A DNA stretch of 64,000 nt, taken from positions 39,742-103,741 of the forward strand of contig CAVSZB010000005.1 of the NCBI GenBank assembly GCA_963732385.1, written 5' to 3'. Source of the DNA: an uncultured bacterium. Lineage in GTDB: Bacteria > Krumholzibacteriota > Krumholzibacteriia > LZORAL124-64-63. The notes below the pieces were generated by a model, which saw only the letters and a list, made by a program, of their open reading frames with translations, made no database searches and was not told the origin of the DNA. The first letter of the stretch is position 1, and each line of letters opens with the position of its first letter. Below, one piece after another: positions 46,056 to 55,900 of the stretch. The position numbers and the translations under genes are program-made.

Positions 46056-46537
46056 CAATCCCCCGTCGTGACCTGGACCGCGCCGCTGGCCGTTTCGACG
46101 CTCGTATCGAAGGAGATCGGTTCGCGCACCGGATCGACGTTGAGCAGCGCGTGGATGCTGAACTTCAGGCGCGCGTGCCCCTCTTCGCGCCCCGACACGG
46201 ACTCCACCTTGATCGAGCGCGGCAGCAGCCGGGGCTCGAACGTGCGCAGCGCCTCTTCGATGTGCACGCAGATGCGCTGACGGTCCGCATGGCTGCTGGA
46301 AAAGAGGGTCAGGTCGGGTATCCCGTAGGCGAGGATCGAACTGCGGGCCTCGGGCAGGTCCGACAGATCCAGCAGCGGCTGGCGCGAATTGAGCAGCCAC
46401 TCGATGTCACGGCGCACCGACTGCTTCAGTTCCTCCACGCCGATGCGCAGATCGCCCTGACGGCGCCCGCCGCCGGTCGACACCAGCCGATCGAGCACGG
46501 AGTGACGCAGAACATCCCTGGGCCGCGAGTCCGCCAT
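46055..46537 (-). CDS. tssE: T6SS baseplate protein TssE (gp25-like)
   Basis: SVLDRL...SVRRDIEWLLNSR...SILAYGIPDL. ATG at 46537. Confidence 0.85.
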   Translation of the reverse strand: MADSRPRDVLRHSVLDRLVSTGGGRRQGDLRIGVEELKQSVRRDIEWLLNSRQPLLDLSDLPEARSSILAYGIPDLTLFSSSHADRQRICVHIEEALRTFEPRLLPRSIKVESVSGREEGHARLKFSIHALLNVDPVREPISFDTSVETASGAVQVTTGD

Positions 46538-46565
46538 CGCCGTCCCCTTGCGCCGACACCCGGCG

Positions 46566-47381
46566 CTAGGCGGCCGGGCCGAATTCCAGCGAGCGCACCG
46601 CGAGCAGGCCCGCATCGCGCTCTTCTCCGTCAAGACCCACGCAGGCCAGCAACCGCTGGCCGAGGCCGCGGAAGAACGGCCCTTCGTCCTGCCAGTCGGT
46701 CTGCCGACCCAGGCAAAGCTGCTCGTCGGGCGCCGCGGCCGACCCGGCGTAGAGCACGGGCAGATGCACCGCGGCCGTCTCCCCGTCGATCCCCTCCAGG
46801 CGGGCCGGCAGCCAGAGCAGGTCCAGCAGATGCCCCGGTTCGTCGATCGTCAGCCGGCCGATCCGCTCGAATGGCAGCCAGAGGTAGCGACCGCCCGCGA
46901 AAACCTCGAGCACGGAGCCGAGCAGATCGTCCAGATCCCGCAGCCCCGCGAACTCGCGGCCGTCGAGCCGCCCGACCAGCGCGGGCTGCGCGGCGACCGC
47001 CGCCTCGAGGCGGCGACCGGCCTCGGCCGCATTGCCGCCACGCCAGGCAGCCAGCGCCGCCTGGCGCTCCCGTGCATGCGCCGGCGCGTCGGGAGGAAGC
47101 AGGGGCGCCTCCTCCCCGCCGAAGACCGCCACCCGGTGGCGTTCCGCCGCCAGCAGTCCGCCGTAGACCCCTGCCGACGTGGTCAGCTGGGGGTCCTGGT
47201 GGACCAGAACGTCAAGCTGGCGAGCGGCGCGGTCCCACTCGCCAGCAAAACAGAGCAGGCCGAACAGCAGGTAACGCTCCCCCGCGTCGAGCGGCCGTGT
47301 CTTGACCGCCGCCTGCTGCGCCGCGACGGCCTCGGCGAGACGGCCGGCCTGCAGCAATGTCCGGGCGTCGGATCCCGCCAT
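46566..47381 (-). CDS. tagJ: T6SS accessory protein TagJ (ImpE family)
   Basis: MAGSDARTLLQAGRLAEAVAAQQAAVKTRPLDAGERYLLFGLLCFAGEWDRAARQLDV closely parallels the ImpE/TagJ N-terminus. Confidence 0.8.
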   Translation of the reverse strand: MAGSDARTLLQAGRLAEAVAAQQAAVKTRPLDAGERYLLFGLLCFAGEWDRAARQLDVLVHQDPQLTTSAGVYGGLLAAERHRVAVFGGEEAPLLPPDAPAHARERQAALAAWRGGNAAEAGRRLEAAVAAQPALVGRLDGREFAGLRDLDDLLGSVLEVFAGGRYLWLPFERIGRLTIDEPGHLLDLLWLPARLEGIDGETAAVHLPVLYAGSAAAPDEQLCLGRQTDWQDEGPFFRGLGQRLLACVGLDGEERDAGLLAVRSLEFGPAA

Positions 47382-47404
47382 CACCCACCGCCCCCTTGCC
47401 GGCC

Positions 47405-47893
47405 TTACTTGGTGGCGTTGGTCTGCAGGTTCCAGGAGCCGGCGGTGTTGCCGCCGCCGCCGCCGCCTTCGCGCTTCTGGATCGTGTACTTCCACTCGAT
47501 CTTGCCGTAATTGAAGCCGACGTTCTCGATCGGCAGGCCCTGGCTCGACCCGCCCACGGAGACGTTCGAGATGATGGCGTTGGTCAGCTTGTACTCCATG
47601 TACTGGACCTGCCCGCCCTCGGTGGAACGGCAGAGCGTGAGCGTGATCTGCTTCAGGTGCGCCCCCTCACTGCACTTCTGGGCCAGGATGGGCGACGCCT
47701 TGTCGAGCTCCTTGGTGATCGTGAAATCGCCGTGCTCGCAACGACCGACCGAGGCGCCGCCCGCGGTGCTGGCCGAGGCGGCAGCCGGCTGGCTGACGCC
47801 GTGCGAGAACGACAGGATCTCGATCCAGTCCTTGAAATTGGCGGCGGTGCTCTCCCCCGGAATGCCCTCGATCTTCAGATACGCATCGGTCAT
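47405..47893 (-). CDS. hcp: T6SS tube protein Hcp (TssD)
   Basis: MTDAYLKIEGIPGES...ILSFSHGVSQP...EHGDFTITKELDKASP. 162 aa. Confidence 0.9.
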   Translation of the reverse strand: MTDAYLKIEGIPGESTAANFKDWIEILSFSHGVSQPAAASASTAGGASVGRCEHGDFTITKELDKASPILAQKCSEGAHLKQITLTLCRSTEGGQVQYMEYKLTNAIISNVSVGGSSQGLPIENVGFNYGKIEWKYTIQKREGGGGGGNTAGSWNLQTNATK

Positions 47894-47983
47894 GACGTTA
47901 CATCCTTTCGGCACGGCGGGCGCCCTCAGGACGCACCGCCCTCCTCCATCACGCCGTGGACGACGGGCCCTGCCCGCCGCCCC

Positions 47984-49480
47984 TTACTTGGCCGCCGCGG
48001 GCAGGTCCGCCACCAGCCGCAGCGAAACATTCAACTCCTCGAGCTGGAAGTGCGGTCGCAGATGCGCCACGGCCCGGTAGCAGCCGGGCCGCGCCTTGTC
48101 CTCGACCACCTCGATGCTCGCCTCGCGCAGCGGGAACTTGGCCTTCTGCTCCTGCGTGGCGTCGTCCTGGTCGAGCACGTAGTGGCTGATCCAGTTGTTC
48201 AGGAACGTCTGCACCTGCGAACGCGACGCGAAGGCGCCGATCTTGTCCCGGCAGATCGCCTTCAGATAGTGCGCGATGCGCGAGGTGGCCATCAGGTACG
48301 GCAGGCGCCGCGACAGATCCGCGTTGGCCGAGGCCGCCGCGTCCTGGTAGGTCTTGGGCCGCTGCGCGGTGTAGCCGCTGAAGAACGCCGCATAGTCGGT
48401 GTTCTTGCAGTTGACCAGGCCGATGAAGCCGAGGTCGGACAGCTCCTTGTCGCGCGTGTCGGGGATCAGCACCTCGGTCGGGCACTTGCTGCCGACGTCG
48501 CCCTCGCGCGTCTTGAAGACGTGGATCGGCAGCCCCTCGACCAGGCCGCCACCCTCCGGTCCGCGGATCGCCACGCACCAGTGGTGACGGGAAAACGCCT
48601 CGGTCATGCGCCCCGCCATGGCGTAGGACGCATTGCTCCACAGGTACTTGTCATGGTCGGCCCCGTCCACGTCCTCCTCGAAGTCGAACGCGTCGACCGG
48701 GGTCGTGGCGCGCCCGTAGGGGAGGCGCGCGAGCGTGTGGGGCAGGGTCAGCGCCACGAAGCGGGCGTCCTCGGAGTCGCGGAACGACAGCCACTTCGTG
48801 TTTTCAGGGTTGCTCTTGTCGAAGATCTTGGCCAGGTCGCGCGGGTCGGGCAGCTGGGAGTAGCTCTCGAGGCCGAACATCTCCGCGCCGGCCGCCGAGA
48901 TGAACGGCGCATGCGCCGCAGCGGCGACATGCGAGACGTTCTCGAGCAACTCCATGTCCTGCGGGCCCTTGCCAAACTCGTAGTCCCCCACGAGCAGGCC
49001 GTACGGGTCGCCGCCATAGAGGCCGAACTCGTACTCGTAGACCTTCTTCCAGAGCGCGCTCTCGGTGAACTCGGGCGCCGCCTGGAAGTCACGCAACAGG
49101 TCCTTCTTCGAGATGTTCAGCACCCGGACCTTGAGGGTCTCGCTGGTTTCGCTCTTGTGCACCATCTGGTGCAGCCCGCGCCACGACGCTTCGAGTTTCT
49201 GGAACGGCTCGGCGTGGATGATCTCGTTGAGCTGCTGCGAAATCAGCGCGTCGATGGCGGCGATACGCTGGTTGACCGTCCGGGTGACCCCCTTGGCCAC
49301 CACCGTACCGGGATCGAGGAGCTGGCCGACGAGCGTCTTGATGAGCTGCTCGCCGTACTCCCGCGCGGTCTCGTCGCGCGGCTTGATGCCGGTGGCGAGG
49401 ATCTCCTTCAGGACATCCGCGCCATCGAGCTGGACGAGCTCTTTGGCCGGGATCGGCTTCGATTTCCTGGACTCTGCCAT
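47984..49480 (-). CDS. tssC: T6SS sheath large subunit TssC (VipB)
   Basis: 498 aa from the ATG at 49480. Canonical TssC blocks (LNISKKDL, ESALWKKVYEYEFG, LPYLMATSRIAHYLK). Confidence 0.9.
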   Translation of the reverse strand: MAESRKSKPIPAKELVQLDGADVLKEILATGIKPRDETAREYGEQLIKTLVGQLLDPGTVVAKGVTRTVNQRIAAIDALISQQLNEIIHAEPFQKLEASWRGLHQMVHKSETSETLKVRVLNISKKDLLRDFQAAPEFTESALWKKVYEYEFGLYGGDPYGLLVGDYEFGKGPQDMELLENVSHVAAAAHAPFISAAGAEMFGLESYSQLPDPRDLAKIFDKSNPENTKWLSFRDSEDARFVALTLPHTLARLPYGRATTPVDAFDFEEDVDGADHDKYLWSNASYAMAGRMTEAFSRHHWCVAIRGPEGGGLVEGLPIHVFKTREGDVGSKCPTEVLIPDTRDKELSDLGFIGLVNCKNTDYAAFFSGYTAQRPKTYQDAAASANADLSRRLPYLMATSRIAHYLKAICRDKIGAFASRSQVQTFLNNWISHYVLDQDDATQEQKAKFPLREASIEVVEDKARPGCYRAVAHLRPHFQLEELNVSLRLVADLPAAAK

Positions 49481-49481
49481 G

Positions 49482-50012
49482 TTACTTCGCCTCCCCGTCG
49501 CCGGCGCCGCCCGGCTGCCCGGCGTCCAGCGCGCCCCGGAGCTTCTCGCGCAGTTCCTTGTTGTCCATGATCGTCTCGAGCAGCTCCTCGAGCCGGTCAT
49601 TCCCCTCGGTCTTGCTCAGCAAGGCCTTGAGCTGCGTGCGGATCTCGAGAAGATCGTTGAGCGGCTTCACCTGCCGCACGACGTTCTCGGGCTGGAAGTC
49701 CGCCATCTTCTCGAAGTTCAGCTCCACCGACAGCTCGCTGCCGTCGTCGGCCAGCTGGTTCGGGACCTTGTAGGCGAGCCGCGGCTGCATGCTCTTGAGG
49801 ACCGAATCGAAATTGTCGGGATCGACATCGACGAACTTGCGATCCTTCGGCTTGGCCAACGGGGTCCTGGGCTGCCCTGAAAGGTCGGACATCACCCCGA
49901 CGACGAAGGGCAGCTCCTTCATCGTCGGCACGCCGTTAAGCTCCACCTCGTAGGAGATGTGCACACGCGGCGGCCGCACCCGCTCCTTCTTCTTGTAGAT
50001 GCTCTCACCCAT
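49482..50012 (-). CDS. tssB: T6SS sheath small subunit TssB (VipA)
   Basis: VHISYEVELNGVPTMKELPFVVGVMSDLSG is the TssB signature. Confidence 0.9.
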   Translation of the reverse strand: MGESIYKKKERVRPPRVHISYEVELNGVPTMKELPFVVGVMSDLSGQPRTPLAKPKDRKFVDVDPDNFDSVLKSMQPRLAYKVPNQLADDGSELSVELNFEKMADFQPENVVRQVKPLNDLLEIRTQLKALLSKTEGNDRLEELLETIMDNKELREKLRGALDAGQPGGAGDGEAK

Positions 50013-50027
50013 CTTGGTCCCTCCCTC

Positions 50028-51116
50028 TCAGGCGTCCCCGGGGGGCTGCAGGCCCAGCAGGTCCTGCACCTGGCCCCGCACGTCCTCGTTCTTGACGAAA
50101 TCCCTGAACAGCGACTCGAACGGCAGATCTCCCCACTTGACGGCGCGCTCGATCAGCAGAGCGACCGGGCTGTGCGGCTCGGTGCGGCGCAGAAATTCGG
50201 CCACGACGCGCAACTGCCGATAGGCCTGCTCGCGCGTGGCGATCGGCCCCGCGGCGGTTGCGACCCCGCCCCCGCCCCCGCCGGGCGACGACGCGCCGGG
50301 CGATGCCCCGGCCGACATCGCGGCAGCGGCTCCGTCGACCGGCTGGTCGCCGCTGCCAGCCTGATCCAGCTGCGCCTGGCACGCCTCGAGCAGATTGCGC
50401 AGGTCGAGCAGGTGCGGCGCCTCGGGTCCGAATTTCGACTCGCAGGCGTCGCCAAGAGCCGTCAGTTCGGCGGCGCAGGCCGCGATCGCCTCGCGCAGCG
50501 CCGCCAGCCGGACAGGCGGCGTCCGGCCCAGCGCCGTGCGCCACTGCTCGCCGGTGATCAGGCCGGCGTCGATCATCTCCTGGTACTGCTGACGGTCGGA
50601 CCGCCGTGCCGCCTCTTCGACCCGACGCGACTGCTCGAAGTCGAACAGGCTGCGCGGCGAGTCCCCCGGCGCTCCGGCCAGGGGGATCTGACGGACCGCG
50701 GTCAGGAAGTCGCGCGAGGCGCCGAGCCAGGCCAGCGGCCGGGCCCGGATCGCCAGGTCGATCCCGTCCTCGTCGCAGCCCGGATAGAGGGTGTCCCAGA
50801 AGCGGTCGATCAGCTCCCGGATCAGCCGCAACCCCGCGGCCAGCCCCGGGAACCCCTCCGTGCGCGCCAGCGCCAGGGTGAGCGTGGCGGCAAGCTCCAG
50901 GTCCTTGCTCCGCTCGCGCAGGGCGGCGGTGCTCTCGCGCAGCACGGCCGGCCAGTCGGCGTTGCGGCCCTGCCCCTCGGGATCGGTCGTCGCATCGACT
51001 TCCCGGCGCAGCTCCGCGAGGCGGCGGAAGGTCGTGTCGCCCGCGATCAGGCGCAGATCGACGCCGGCCGGATGCTCGGCGGAAATGGGCAGCAGGAAAC
51101 TCTCGAGATCAACCAT
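50028..51116 (-). CDS. tssA: T6SS protein TssA (ImpA_N domain)
   Basis: N-terminal LLPISAEHPAGVDLR...FRRLAELRRE matches the ImpA_N domain. Confidence 0.8.
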   Translation of the reverse strand: MVDLESFLLPISAEHPAGVDLRLIAGDTTFRRLAELRREVDATTDPEGQGRNADWPAVLRESTAALRERSKDLELAATLTLALARTEGFPGLAAGLRLIRELIDRFWDTLYPGCDEDGIDLAIRARPLAWLGASRDFLTAVRQIPLAGAPGDSPRSLFDFEQSRRVEEAARRSDRQQYQEMIDAGLITGEQWRTALGRTPPVRLAALREAIAACAAELTALGDACESKFGPEAPHLLDLRNLLEACQAQLDQAGSGDQPVDGAAAAMSAGASPGASSPGGGGGGVATAAGPIATREQAYRQLRVVAEFLRRTEPHSPVALLIERAVKWGDLPFESLFRDFVKNEDVRGQVQDLLGLQPPGDA

Positions 51117-51340
51117 GGCGGAACGGCCGGATCTTGTCGTGCACCCTTTACCTGACGCGGTCGGCGCAGCACAAACCGCGACGTGGCGCTCGGACGACCC
51201 GCCGGCACCCCCCTTGTGCCGCGCAGCTTAGCCGCCTCGATACCATGAGTCAACCCGCGGCTTGGCGCCGTTCAGGAGCCTTCAAATCGCGCCCCGGCAG
51301 CCTTGTGCATCCCCCGCGCCTGTCCTATCCTCCTGCGTCC

Positions 51341-52789
51341 ATGTCCAGTGAATACGCACATCCGGCCAGCCGCCCCACCGTGCGGTCGCTCCTGACCGTC
51401 CACCACGGACGCGAAATCTCGCGCCTGGCGTACCCGACCATCCTCACGATGCTCTCGCAGACCCTCATGTGGACGATCGACACGGCGCTGCTCGGCCGCG
51501 TGTCGAGCACGGCGCTGGCGGCCGCGGGCCTGGGCGGGATGATCACCTGGGCCGGCTACAGCCTCTGCAACCAGCTCAGCCGCATCACCGGCACGTTCGT
51601 GGCGCAGGCGCACGGCAAGGGGGACGACGAGGCGGTCGGCGACTACGTCTGGCAGGGGATCTGGCTGGCGCTGACCGGCGGCCTCGTCCTGCAGGCGATC
51701 GGTTATTTCAGCTACCTCGGCCTGCCGCTGACCCGCAACCCGGCCGAGGTGCAGACGCTCGCCTACACCTACATCAAGTGGCGCTCGGCCAGCGCCGTCG
51801 GCACGCAGCTCTCGTTCGCCCTGATGGGCTTCTTCCAGGGTCGCCGCGACGTGCACGTGCCGATGTGGGCCGGCGTCGTGGCCAACGTGATGAACCTGGT
51901 GCTCGACCTCTGGCTGATCTTCGGCTGGTCCGGCTTCGAGCTGGGCGGCCACCGCTGGCTCGCCATGGCGCCGCACGGCGTGGCGGGCGCCGCCATCGCC
52001 ACGAGCGTGAGCATCTTCGCCAACGCCGCGATCCTGGCCGCCTGGCTCTGGCTACCCCGGATGCACCGCCTGCGCTACCGGATCCATGTGCCGCGCCGTC
52101 CCCGCCCCCGCGAGATCCGCGACCTGGTGCGCGTGGGCAGCCCCTCCGCCGGCGAGAACTTCATCGACATGGCGTCGTTCGTGGTCTTCAGCTCCCTGAT
52201 CGGCCGGGCCGGAGCCGCCCAGCTCGCCGCCAGCCAGATCACGATCAACCTGCTGTCGTTCTCGTTCATGCCGATCTGGGGCCTGACGATCGCCGGCTCC
52301 GTGCTGGTCGGCAACTGGATCGGCGCCGGCAACCCCGAAGCCGCCGAGCGCTACGGACGGCAGGTCTACAAGCTGGGCGTCTACTACACCCTCGCCCTGG
52401 GCGCCCTGCTCGTGCTGCTGCGCGGCCAGCTGTTCCGCGTCTTCACCCCCGACCCCGCCGTGATCGCCCTCGGCTCCGGTCTCGCCCTCGTGGCCGCCGC
52501 CTTCCAGTTCGGCGACGGCCTGCGCATGATCGGCGGCGGCCTCCTCAACGGCGCCGGCGACACCCGCTTCCCCATGATCCAGAGCCTGTTCGTGCTGTGG
52601 GGCCTCTTCCTGCCGCTGACCTGGTGGATCATCGTCCGCCAGGGGGGAGACGTGCGCGCCGCCTGGCTCGGCGGCGCCGTGATCTACCTGCTGCAGGCGG
52701 CGGGGCTGTGGTGGCGGGTCAGATCGGGGAAGTGGAAAAGGGTGCGCATCTTTACGGCGCGGCCGGACGGCGACGCGCCTGCCTCCTAG
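51341..52789 (+). CDS. MATE-family efflux transporter
   Basis: 12-TM profile with NorM/MatE-like blocks (PTILTMLSQTLMWTIDTALLG, GAGDTRFPM). Divergent from tssA. Confidence 0.8.
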   Translation: MSSEYAHPASRPTVRSLLTVHHGREISRLAYPTILTMLSQTLMWTIDTALLGRVSSTALAAAGLGGMITWAGYSLCNQLSRITGTFVAQAHGKGDDEAVGDYVWQGIWLALTGGLVLQAIGYFSYLGLPLTRNPAEVQTLAYTYIKWRSASAVGTQLSFALMGFFQGRRDVHVPMWAGVVANVMNLVLDLWLIFGWSGFELGGHRWLAMAPHGVAGAAIATSVSIFANAAILAAWLWLPRMHRLRYRIHVPRRPRPREIRDLVRVGSPSAGENFIDMASFVVFSSLIGRAGAAQLAASQITINLLSFSFMPIWGLTIAGSVLVGNWIGAGNPEAAERYGRQVYKLGVYYTLALGALLVLLRGQLFRVFTPDPAVIALGSGLALVAAAFQFGDGLRMIGGGLLNGAGDTRFPMIQSLFVLWGLFLPLTWWIIVRQGGDVRAAWLGGAVIYLLQAAGLWWRVRSGKWKRVRIFTARPDGDAPAS

Positions 52790-52900
52790 CACGGGGATCC
52801 TCGGCCGAGGCTCCGTGCGCGACAGGGCAGAGCGAGAGAGAGCGGCGGCCAGCCCGCCGGTTGCGCAATACCGCCACGTGCCCCGGCCTCGCCGCCGCCA

Positions 52901-55900
52901 TCATTTGACCAAAGTCATGCGCCTCGTCTCGCCGAACGAGTCGGCCTCCATACGGCAGACGTACACGCCCGAGGCCACCTGCTGCCCGTGGTCGCCCGTC
53001 CCGTCCCATTGGATCTCGTGACTCCCGGCGGCCCTCACCTCGTTCATGAGCACGCGGACCAGATGGCCACTCAGGTCATATACGGCCAGCCGAACCGGTC
53101 CGGTCCGGGGCAGCGTGAAACAGATCGTCGTCAGGGGATTGAACGGGTTGGGGCGCGCCGTCTCGAGCACGAGGCCGTCGGGAGCCGGGCGGTCCGGCGC
53201 CGCGGTCACCTTCTGCAGGGTGAAGCGCTGGCTGCGGACGTATACCACGTGGCCTGCGGTATCGATGACCCGCAGGCGCAGGACCGCCTCCTCAGAGGAC
53301 GCCATCGGGACGGTCCAGAAGTACCGCTCACCCTTGATCTCCTCCGGGGTCAGATCGGTGTCGATCGGGACGTAGGTCGCGCCGGCGTCGAGCGAGTAGT
53401 CGAGCCGGCCGCTCTGGGCCGCCGGCGGTCCGCCGTCGTACAGCTCCCAGCGGATCGAATAGACCGTCCCCTCCACCAGCACGTTGCCGCGGAGGGGGGC
53501 CAGGAAGTAGATGCCGAAAAGGCTGGGATCGATCGTGATCGGGCCGTGGGTGAGAACCGTGCTGCCCAGTCCGGCCACGTCCACGCCCCGCACGTGGAAG
53601 TAGTTGGCCCCCTCCTTGCCAAGGGTGCTGGTGGCCGTCAGGTCCGTGGTCTCGACGGTGTTGTCGAGGGTGACCGGCGGCGTGGCGCCCCCGCCGACCA
53701 GGTAGGAGTAGCCGGCGACCCCGCTGGTGGCGTCGGTCGAGGGCAGCCAGTCGATCGACAGCTGCGTCGGGCCCAGCGTCTGGCCGCCGTCGAGCGTCGC
53801 GTAGTCATAGCCTGGCGCCGTCGGCGGCGCCATGTCGATCCAGAACGGACCCAGGTGCAGGGTTTCCGCGGCGTAGTTGCCCGCGTAGTCGACGGTCCGC
53901 ACGTGGAACCAGTGGTCGTTCCCGTCGGGCAGCGGCGGGCTCGTCTCCGCAGTGAACTCGCCGTAGGTCGTCACGACCGTCGGCGCGGTCGCCGCTGACC
54001 GGTCCCACAGGGTGGCGTACTGCGGCCAGGAACCGGCGCAGTTGTCGTAGCCCCAGTTCCACTGCGCGCTGACCGTGTTGTCGGTGGTCGACCAGACCCC
54101 CACCGTGTGCGAGCTGCTGGTCAGGCTCGTGGGATTCGTGGGCGGCTCGAGGTCGAGGCTGAAGCTCCAGCAGGAGGTCCAGTCGCTGACCAGGCCGCAC
54201 TCGTGGAAAGCGCGGACCCGCCAGTAGTAGACGAGGCCCGACTGCAGCCCGGACGGCGTATAGGTGTTGGACGTGGTTGTGCCGACACTGCCGACCCCGC
54301 AGCTCGTGCCGATCTGTACCTCGTAGTGGTCCCAGTCGTCGATATGGTTCCAGCTCAGAACGGTACTTGACGATCCGCAGGCCGTGCCGTCGCCAGGGCC
54401 GATGCGGACAGGGGCCGCGACGAGCACGGGTGCGGTCTTGAACGTCCAGCAGAAGCCGGGCGTGCTGCTCCAGTCGGTCGTCTGCCCGCAGACGGTGTGG
54501 GCCCGCACGCGCCAGTAGTAGGTGGTGTTGGGCAGCAGACCCGGCATGGCCAGAGTCGTGCCGGTGATTCCCGTGGTGATGCTCCCCTCATAGCAATAGA
54601 CCGGGCTGAGCTGGAGGTCGTAGGTGGCCGCGTCGGGCAGGGGCGACCAGTCGAGAACGAAGCGCGATCCGCCCTGGCAATGCTCGCCGTCATCCGGGCT
54701 GACCACCGTACTGACCACCGCGGGATTGGGCGCCGTGCGGAAGGAACGGCACGCGCTCCAGACGCCCCAGTCGCCACAGTCGGCGCGCGTGCGCACGCGC
54801 CAGTAGTAGGTCGTCCCGAGCGATAGCCCGTACCAGCTGTGGGAAGTCATCGAGGTTTCGACGACCGTCCCCCCGTCGCAGGACTCGCCCACCTGGAGCT
54901 GGTAGTCGGCGTACGGCGCCACGGGATTCCAGGTGAACAGCACGTCCGGCGCGACGCAGATCTGCCCGTCGATCGGCATGCCGAGGGCCGGCGGCCAGGC
55001 AGGAGGGCAGATCACGACGATTTGGTGGGCGTTCCAGCCGTTGCCGGTGTTGTTGGCGTTGTTCCAGTCCGGAGCCACCAGGCTCACGATGACGAAGTAG
55101 GTGCCGCTTTGCGTGACGGGGGGGATCAGCGGCGGCACGTCGGCCGTGATCCTCGCCCCGCTCTGCGGCGCGAAGGTGCGCACGAAACTGCCGGGTCCCA
55201 TGTCGACGTCGTCCATCGACCAGCTGTCATCGGTGGACAGGTAGGCGCGATACGTCCAGGTCCCGCTGACTGCCGCGGACGAGTAGTTGAAGACCGCGAA
55301 ATCGAGCCAGGCCATGCGGTTGCCGGACTCGATCTCCTCCGGACCGTTGGCGTCCATGACGATGAGATCCGGCTCCGGCGGCGTGTCCTCGGCGATCATC
55401 TGCCCGATCTGGGCGAACTTGGTTTCGGTCACCTTGCAGTCGACCGTGACCGTGGAACGATCGCTCGTCGAGAGGACGGCGTAGATGGCCCCCGTCGTCG
55501 TCTTCAGGGCTCCCGAGCCGCTCGTGCCGCCCCAGGTGGGACCGTCCCAGCTCGCGCGGTTGTCCCAGCCGTCCTGGCTGCAGTCGTCGAAGGAGCCGGC
55601 GTTCTCGTACATCAGCTCGCCGGTGTAGGGAGCCTCGGCCGGGTACCCCTCGTGCCGCCAGATACTGCTTTCCCAGGAGTCGCAGTCGTTGTCGTAGCCC
55701 CAGCCCCACCAGCCGGTCAGGGCGCCGATGGGGTGGTCGAGGTCGATGACCGCCACGTCGTGGTCGTAGTCGTAGTCCTCGGTCCAGAGCGTCCAGACAT
55801 GGATCTGGGCTTCCCTCGCGGTGCCGAACGGCCTCTGCCCCTGCTCGTAGCCCGGAATCACCTGGACCGAGTCGATGAAGGCGGAGAGATCCTGTTTGTA

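Noticed and set aside
51117-51340. Sigma54 (-24 TGGCAC / -12 TTGC) promoter upstream of tssA
   Set aside because: The closest candidate (TGGCGCCGTTCAGGAGC) lacks the -12 TTGC element at correct spacing, so it was not called.
52790-52900. Rho-independent terminator after the MATE gene (palindrome cctcggccgagg)
   Set aside because: The 12-bp palindrome is not followed by a T-tract. GC-rich palindromes are frequent here, so it was not called.
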